DNA of 44,155 bases. Origin: Vezdaea acicularis. Taxonomy: Eukaryota. This document shows positions 37,097-44,155 of the stretch, in pieces. The translations under genes were made by a program, and so were the position numbers. The stretch lies in NCBI GenBank assembly GCA_026025075.1, contig JAPEUI010000126.1:1-44155 (forward strand), read 5' to 3'. Within the stretch, counting starts at the first letter, position 1, and each line of letters opens with the position of its first letter. The notes beneath the pieces were generated by a model. The model saw only the letters and a program-made list of their open reading frames with translations, did not search any database and was not told the DNA's origin.

Positions 37097-37630
37097 TGCT
37101 GCGGGGTGCTGGTTGGGACGGGGTGGACTGGGGATGGTTTTTGGGAGGGCATGGAAGGGGGTGGGGAGGGGTGGCTGGTGGAGTTTAGCTGCCTGTGGAA
37201 TAGACGTGTTTAATTGGATATTGTATCCTGCACTGGGTTTTTCGAGTGATGGTATATACCCTACACCCTCCCTCCCTCCCTCCTCCTCTTCCTCCTGTCT
37301 CCGTCCTGTATCACCCACGAGCCACCCTCCCGTTGCTGCAAGACAGAAACAAAAAACGGAATAGGACTTTGCGCGAGACTGGTACAGTGGGGGAGGGGGG
37401 AAGCTAGTTTAAGAGGGATAGGTGGGATGGGAAGAGTAAGAGAACTTGAGGGGTGGGCATGGATTATCTATTGTGGAATATGCGCGCTATGACCAAGGGG
37501 GGGCTTGTGCATATACCCTCCCTCTCATCTACACACCCCCCGTCCCCCCCCCTTTCCCCACAACCGCCCCAATCGAACCTCCCCGTCCCCACCCACCCCT
37601 CCCTCCCCCTTCAAAAGATCCACCAACCCT

Positions 37631-38781
37631 CTACCCCCTCTTCGGCTGCCTAACCATAACAACACCAGTCCAGTCTCCCTTCCCGCCCCAGTCTTCAAGG
37701 GGAAGGACGATGGTGTCGACGCGCTCGAAGTCGAATTTTCGATAGAGGTCGTAGCCATCGGGGGAGGCTTCGAGGTAGCAGGGGAGGTTTGCGGCGTCGG
37801 CGAGGTCGGTGCCGTGGGTGACGAGGGCGGAGCCGGCGCCGCGGCCTTGGTGGGTTGGGTGGGTTGTTAGGAGGGCGAGGACTGTTGTGAGGGGGGATTA
37901 GTTTGGGTGATTCCAGAGAGGTGAGGGAGAAGGGAGGGAGAAGAGGGCGAGCGAGGTCAAGGGTAGGAGGGGATCAAGAGAAGGGTTGTGAGAAGCAAGA
38001 GCGGTGAAGTTGCAGGGAACTCGTGGAAAGAGTGACAGGGAGTGTGCAATCAGTATGATAGAGTAAATTGAAACGGTAGCAGAAGCGGGAAGTGAAGTGG
38101 GGCTTAGTAGCAACGCTGGACTGGGGGACTGTGCGACAAGAGCAGAGAGCGATAGAAAGGGGGTTCTGCTCTTAATGATGATACAGGAGCAATCGGGTAG
38201 AGGTGAAGGAAACAAGTAGATAAAATTGCCAGAAGGAAAGGAATACGACGAGTGAAAGAAGGGGAGGGTTGTGCGCTGAGGGGGTCCGACTCCTGCAAAC
38301 GAGGTGCTCGGCCGAAGCAGGAAGGGAAACAACAACACAAGGAGAAGGAGCGTCTCTGCACGGGCTAAGCAAGAAGGAGAGAATGGTATCGCTCACGGTA
38401 ATAGGGCTTCTTGCCCATAATCTCCGTCCGCTTATCCTTCATCAGCTTCTTCCAGTGATTGTAGAGCTCGCCGTTCGCCCCCGCGGGAAAGCTACTCATG
38501 ACGGTAGGCTTGGGGTCGATGTCGGTGGCCTTCTCGTAAAAGTACCACTTCGAGACGGACACGGTCTCCCCTGTGTCGGTGTCCTTGGCTAGGAGGAACT
38601 TGCAGACGGGGCTCTTGAGCTGGTCGCGGTACTTCTCGTCCGCCCAGGGGCCGTACGAGTCACTCGTAGCCTCGGGGGGGAACATGAGGTTTTGCAGGGC
38701 TTCGGGGCCGAAGGCGGCGGCTTCGATGGCGGAGATGGTGGGGATGTCATCGAGGGACGCCTCGGAGACGTCGAACGGCAT
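37631..38781 (-). CDS. GNAT-family N-acetyltransferase. Exons 38781-38397 and 37881-37631, separated by a 515-nt intron
   Basis: Exon 1 runs MPFDVSEASLDD...KPYY. Exon 2, absent from the ORF track, carries the acetyl-CoA motif LLALLTTHPTHQGRGAGSALV and CYLEASPDGYDLYRKFDF, ending VMVRQPKRG*. Donor GTGAGC, branch CTAAT, acceptor CAG; phases match. Confidence 0.88.
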
Positions 38782-39211
38782 CGTTGTCGTTGTTGTTGCT
38801 GTTGTTGGGGAGAAAGAGTGGAGAGAACGTGATGGGGTATATGGGGGGTGGAAGTGATTCTGATCCACGAAGTCTGAATAGTCGTTTTCGGTGGGACCAA
38901 CGGCGATGAAGCAGAGGCAAGGGCGCGCGGGAGGAGAGGCAATGGCGGCCAAGTTGACGGACGAATGGGTGCGTTGGCAGCGAGAGACGTCCTCGTCGAC
39001 TTGTTGACGGACGGGGCGCGGACCCTCTCCCTCTTTCTCTCTCGGTCTCTCTCACTCTCCTTGTCCCCCTCTCTCTTTCTCTCTTACCCGTCGCGGCGTG
39101 TGAAGGGCGGGATGACTGGGAGCGCAACGTAAGAGAGGGCGGACGTGCGAATGGCAGGGGCAGATATACGCACGACGCCAGTGAGCAGGGCCCCCCGTTA
39201 CTGCTGGGCCA

Positions 39212-39264
39212 TCTCTCTCTCTGTGTCTGTGTCTCTCTCTCGTTCTCTCTCTTTCTCTCTCTCT
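39212..39264. repeat. Imperfect (CT)n microsatellite tract (a similar tract lies near 39025-39085)
   Basis: Interrupted CT dinucleotide runs read directly. Confidence 0.7.
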
Positions 39265-41331
39265 CGTCCTCTCTGTCCGCCTCCCGCCCCGGCGGGCCAG
39301 GTCAAGTCATCCCTCGCTAGCGATGGACCCGGCTTAGTATCGATGCGGTGCCCGCCACGGGGAGCGCCTCCTCCCCCGGTGTCTTCACGCTAAGCCAGCA
39401 GTCGAGCCCGACCGACTGGTTGCTGATCCGCTAGGTCGGGACGTGGTCCTAGAGGTTGCCGCCGGGTCGTCGGGGGTGCGCGCAAAAGCTACGGTGAATG
39501 AGGTAATTGGGGGGCCCGGCCGTGGTGGGAGGGAGCACTGCGTGGGAGGGTGTCCGCGCCGGCGCAGCGACAATGGCCATTCGTGCGTGGAGGACGAGCG
39601 CTGTTGAGCGTGCGATGCGGCGGATACTTTATCGCGATCGAACGGGCATGTGCAACCCACAACCCGGCGCCGGGGACTGGGACGGGGAAGAGCAGCGCAG
39701 AACGGGGTTCCCTCGCTTCGGCCTTTCCGACACACTGGGACTCAACCAGCGTGACGGGGCGGCCTCTCGACGACCTCCCGCCGACCCCCCGGCCGCGACC
39801 AGCCGATGGACGGAAGGGCAGTAGCCCCGCTGGGACTGCGCTGGCCAAGACCGCGGGCGTGCTTGTGACGGCGATGCGAGTCCTGAGTGGTCGCACGCGA
39901 GAAGGGGGGGCGCACCAGCGGCGGTGGGCCCTGAGGCACGGATCGCATAGCGCATTTGGGGCAGGACTGGTGCTGCCGCTTTACGCGCTGCTGCTGCGGC
40001 GTGGTGTCGTGGGTGGTGCTGGCCATAGAGGGCGGTGGATGGATGGCGGCCCTCGACGGAGGGGGCGGACGCCGCAAACCCTCCTCCTCGCCCTCTCATT
40101 GACTTCCAATCTCTCGGGAAGTCAAAGAAGAGAGCCCATCCCTGCTCTGATAGCTTCCCCGGTGGTGATGTATGACCCCCGGCCGTCACCTTCTTCTCAA
40201 CAGAAGCGCAGCCGTCGGTTGGCCGCCTCGCGCACGTCGTCGTCTCGAGGGGGGGTGGTCGAAGGTGGTCTCGAGGGCGATATGGGGATTGGCCCGTCGA
40301 CAGCTGGCGTGATGGAGTAGCGGTCTTTGCGTGAGACGGAGGAACGTTGTAGCAGATGGGGGGGGGAGGGCGTTCGAGGGCTCCTGGCCGTCGTTCCGCG
40401 ATACCCGGCGGCGTGGTATTTGACTTGTGAGTGGTGTTATTCGTTGCAAAAGGGTCGAGGTCGCAGTGTCACTCGGTCGCGGTGGCTAGTGCTTGCTCCG
40501 TGCCTGTATGATGGGAGATCAGCAAACGACTCGAAGCCTTCTCAAGCCTTGCGGAGAGAGGGCGTAACATCACGAGAACCGTACAGGACCACACGCTGCA
40601 GGTTGACGGTTTCTGCGTCCGAGGCGTCCGCACGTCGCTACGATCCCTACCGGCTGGAAATGAGTACATGTAATTCCTTCTTGAGGATGAGCAGTGACCA
40701 GCACCAGCGGTGAGCGTTGAGAAGGTCGGCGGTCGAACTGCAGCCGGAGGCATCGTCGACCAGACGTGGAGCACGCTCGTAACTACAGTCCGTCAGCACT
40801 CGTACCCTCACGTCGGAGCATCAAACACGGTGCCTCGATGAATAAACCCTGAAGCGTCGCTCGACGTTGTTTCGTCCGTCCGCCGTCGTGGCGTGCGCTC
40901 TCCCCCCCGAGCCGTTGGACGACCGCCCTCTCTGCCCAGCCCGCCCGTCATTCCCGCCCCTGGCAGATCCGCGACCGAAGGGCGATCAATCACCGGCCGC
41001 ACGAGGCCTCGCCCTCGCCCTATCTCACCCGCAAAACCTCAACACCACGAAAGCCGCATCGTGAACCGGCCCGACCGCACGCTGCATCGACCGCCCTCGT
41101 CGTGCTGGACAGCGTACCGCACAGCACAGCAAACTCGCCGGCCTCGCACGCGCTGACAGCGGACCGGCATGCAAGGAGCCGCGGGGCTGCGATGAAGCGA
41201 ACCCCTTAAACGGAAAAAGTCCCGTCGGCAACCCACAGACCACGCCCTCTCCCTCTCCACTCCAGTCCACTCCAGTCGATTCCTCCACTTCCGGCGCGCT
41301 GCCTGCCCACAGCGCCCCCCTCCCTCCCACG

Positions 41332-44155
41332 ATGCAGCAGTATGCAGCGACCGTGGTGTCATCGGGCATGCCCTCGCCCACGCTGACGAACCCCGATATG
41401 ATTCTCCCTTACGACAGCTACTCTTATGACCGCGCCGACACGCCCTCACCTCCCCCGCAGACGATGAGGCCGCCGTCGCTGCAGAGACGCTCATCCGCCG
41501 GTCTCAGCTCCCATCCGCCGTACGCCAAGTTGGCGAGACCGCCCCCGCCCGCCGGCAGAAGCAGCATCTCGCCGCGGACGACGCCGCCGCCGCCGCACGA
41601 GTTCCACGATCATGGGAGGCCGCTCTCCGACATCCAAGAGGCGGAATCGACACCAAAGGGACTTCGCTCGAGGAACGACCTCCTCAACGAGGATGTCCGC
41701 GATGATCCCGTGCTCGCCTCATCCCCGACCTTGGCCTCTCCCCCGAACGGGACGATGAAAGGACACTTCCAGCCGCGACCAGGTTTCGGCCAACGACGCC
41801 CTTCCAGCAGCTCACCTGCGATACTCTCGGACGGAGACGATGCAGCAGACTACGAAGCAATTGATGACAACTTGTCGGCGGACGGCGATACGATGTTCGG
41901 TGAGGACGACGAGGACCTCGCCGAACTGGAGAATATCAACCGGCTGAGGAATGCGAGGCTGGAATATCATGGCGGGGTCAATGGAACGATACCGGAAGAG
42001 GGCCAGGATCCGTACCTGTCCGCTGCTCTTAGCAAGCGGGCTGAAAGGATCTTGGCCAATGCAAAGAAACGGCTTGATGTGAGTATGAGAATCGGGTGTT
42101 GGGTGTCGTTTTGTGAGAAGATTTCCCCTAATGCTTGGGATTTACAGAATATGGAGGGCAACCTCAATCGGGCCAGACACTCCTTGGTCATTGCGCCGTC
42201 ACCTTTGATGAATACCTCTGCCGGCAGCAGCCCGAAATCCCTAAGAGCAGCTGGAACATCGACGTCGCCGTCGCAGCATGACGATCCCCGAATACATCCA
42301 CCACTGGGCAAGTCGCCCGCCAAGCATCGCCAGCTGTCCTCAAACGCGTCATCGTCCAAGGGCTCGGGCCATGCACGGATATTCAGCGAGACATCCATCC
42401 CCTCGTCGCTCTACACATCCCCCAAAGCGTCTCATAGCACGTCAAGCGTCCCCCGTACCACGAGCGCCCTCGAAGCCGTGGGTCTCGCCAGAACACCGCT
42501 AGAACGGTCCAGCCCGCCCGACTCGGTTTCGGTCAAAGGCACACGGTATCAAGAGATCCTTCGCGAATCAGGCGCTCGTTCAAGTCCCGCGTATACATCC
42601 CAGAGGCGTATATCGCCTTCTGAAGGGGCTGCGAGAAGGCTCGAAAGTCCTACCCATGACCAGCCTATCTCACGGACATCAGCGTCTAGGACGTTGAATC
42701 CCAGCGCCTCGCTCCACAGCATCAGTTCCAGCGTATTGGAAGACGCTCCCAACACTCTCAACCGATCGAGGTCTACGGCGCAGATGCGAGACCTGCGAGT
42801 CCAGATGAAGGATCTGAAGGGCAAGATCTCGTCGCTTCAGCAGCGAGCGCGAGAGGATGGCCTGAAGCGGAGAAGCTTGCAGAGCCTGCGGACGCCTAGC
42901 CCCTTTACTGCTGCGGAGCAGTGGTATACTGGATACAACACGAACGAGCTGGGTGCTAATATCGGCGCTCCGGAGAAGGAAGAGCGTTCGGGCATGGGAG
43001 GTGCCGCCGTGGTGCATGGAACACCGCCAAAGGATGAACTGGAGCATGGCGTTCACTACGAGGAGTCGGTAGGCCCGAGCCAGTACGAAGACGCCGACGA
43101 AGAACACCAACTCGAGGAGAAGGTCAGTAGTACCGAACACCATCAAGACGACAGAGACGAGATCCCTCGAGATCTAGACGAGTTCGAGGAGCCGTATGTC
43201 CATGGTCTAGTGGATCATTCCCGGAATGAAGTCGTCGACGAGTATACCCCCGACCACGCACAGAACCTTACGGAGCAGAAGCCCCGTCCATCGTCCGCCT
43301 CCGAACGGCACGAAGACCGCGAGGATGCCTTTGACTACCAGAACTTCTTCCTCCACAGCGGGATGGGAAACTACTCGCAGGAGCATCTTGGGTCCCGGCA
43401 CCGCAGCGACAGCTACTCGTCGACGGACTCCATTGAGACGACCAAAGCCGCCGAAGAGGACGCGAAGCTTTGCAGCTACGCCGAGAGCAACGCTATCGCC
43501 GCGGCGCGCATGCACCGGCGGAACGATAGCACCGATACCGTCTCTACCGTCGCCACATTCGCGACCGCTACGGAGGGCCTGGGTTCGGAGTATGGGGATG
43601 GAGAAGAAGACGTCGTGTACACGAACGGCATCGACGCGACCAATGCGCAGTACGAGCACCCACTAATCGCCAACGGCGGCGCGATCCACGCCGAGCCCGA
43701 AGACGAGGACTGGCTCGGCGCGCGCTCCGACGGGTCCCACACGCCCACAAAACTCTCCACCGCCAAACCCGGCCGTCCCTCTCCATCCATCCAACCACCA
43801 GACCATAACAATAACAACGCACCCCCTAAACTCTCGCCCCAACCCTCCATCGCCTCCCTCGCCTCCGCCACCTCTCTCACTTCCACCCGCTCATTCCCCC
43901 TCGTCAATCGACCCAAATCCTCCACTTCATCCGCCTCCCAACCTTCCTCCTCCATCCTCGTCTCCTACCTCACCGGCTCCGCCTCGCCCCCCACCGACAC
44001 CGGCTCCACCCCCGCTTTGCAGCTTCATAGCACCGACCGCGTCCTCGTCGAGCGTCTCGTGGAGAGTCTGGGCCAGGTCTGCGTCGGGCTGCGCGGCGAC
44101 GAGCAGGCGGAGAATCAGGCGCTGGGCAGGAGGTGGAGGGGGAGGCTGGAGCTGG
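41332..44155 (+). CDS. Hypothetical protein, largely disordered with coiled-coil segments; 3' end lies outside the window. Exons 41332-42078 and 42148->44155
   Basis: Frame open to the window end, which explains its absence from the ORF track. Conserved-looking islands are PSPTLTNPDMILP, LSKRAERILANAKKRLD|NMEGNLNRAR, MRDLRVQMKDLKGKISSLQQRAREDGLKRRSLQSLRTPSPF and HEDREDAFDYQNFFLHSGMG. Intron GTGAGT...CTAAT...CAG. Confidence 0.82.
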   Translation, partial: MQQYAATVVSSGMPSPTLTNPDMILPYDSYSYDRADTPSPPPQTMRPPSLQRRSSAGLSSHPPYAKLARPPPPAGRSSISPRTTPPPPHEFHDHGRPLSDIQEAESTPKGLRSRNDLLNEDVRDDPVLASSPTLASPPNGTMKGHFQPRPGFGQRRPSSSSPAILSDGDDAADYEAIDDNLSADGDTMFGEDDEDLAELENINRLRNARLEYHGGVNGTIPEEGQDPYLSAALSKRAERILANAKKRLDVSMRIGCWVSFCEKISPNAWDLQNMEGNLNRARHSLVIAPSPLMNTSAGSSPKSLRAAGTSTSPSQHDDPRIHPPLGKSPAKHRQLSSNASSSKGSGHARIFSETSIPSSLYTSPKASHSTSSVPRTTSALEAVGLARTPLERSSPPDSVSVKGTRYQEILRESGARSSPAYTSQRRISPSEGAARRLESPTHDQPISRTSASRTLNPSASLHSISSSVLEDAPNTLNRSRSTAQMRDLRVQMKDLKGKISSLQQRAREDGLKRRSLQSLRTPSPFTAAEQWYTGYNTNELGANIGAPEKEERSGMGGAAVVHGTPPKDELEHGVHYEESVGPSQYEDADEEHQLEEKVSSTEHHQDDRDEIPRDLDEFEEPYVHGLVDHSRNEVVDEYTPDHAQNLTEQKPRPSSASERHEDREDAFDYQNFFLHSGMGNYSQEHLGSRHRSDSYSSTDSIETTKAAEEDAKLCSYAESNAIAAARMHRRNDSTDTVSTVATFATATEGLGSEYGDGEEDVVYTNGIDATNAQYEHPLIANGGAIHAEPEDEDWLGARSDGSHTPTKLSTAKPGRPSPSIQPPDHNNNNAPPKLSPQPSIASLASATSLTSTRSFPLVNRPKSSTSSASQPSSSILVSYLTGSASPPTDTGSTPALQLHSTDRVLVERLVESLGQVCVGLRGDEQAENQALGRRWRGRLEL

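Noticed and set aside
38175..38279. ATGATGA...CTGA on the plus strand within the GNAT intron
   Set aside because: Antisense to the host gene, with no terminal stem or evident guide sequence.
38782..38952. 57-codon in-frame TTG-started extension of the GNAT gene
   Set aside because: Short and pyrimidine/ACA-repeat-rich like a normal leader; this length is unremarkable.
39145..41064. Many overlapping ORFs (up to 256 aa) in the GNAT/hypothetical intergenic region
   Set aside because: GC-rich promoter-like DNA with no domain, codon or splice-structure support for a gene.

Overview
Gene-dense eukaryotic DNA from a filamentous ascomycete (Pezizomycotina-type), judged from short GT-AG introns with CTRAY branch sites and from the gene content. 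I reconstructed 16 protein-coding genes by hand. In order: kelch-repeat protein (truncated by the window start), ankyrin protein, NmrA/isoflavone-reductase-like oxidoreductase, Het-C-domain protein, bHLH transcription factor, SFT2, La-motif (Sro9/LARP1-like) RNA-binding protein, an uncharacterised protein, a Cys-rich GPI-type surface protein, RPL1, a DHA2 MFS transporter, ARF1, ATP10, X-family DNA polymerase (Pol4/lambda), a GNAT acetyltransferase, and a coiled-coil hypothetical protein (truncated by the window end). I saw no transposon, rRNA, tRNA, CRISPR array or secondary-metabolite backbone gene, so this is mostly ordinary housekeeping euchromatin. Two signals stand out. (1) The bHLH gene has a ~1 kb leader that is stop-free in frame for 347 codons and AUG-free for 737 nt behind a short uORF, which suggests non-AUG initiation. 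(2) Several genes switch abruptly from C-rich to G-rich on the sense strand shortly before the stop codon, followed by G-quadruplex motifs in convergent terminator zones. All family assignments come from motif recognition; no database search was run.
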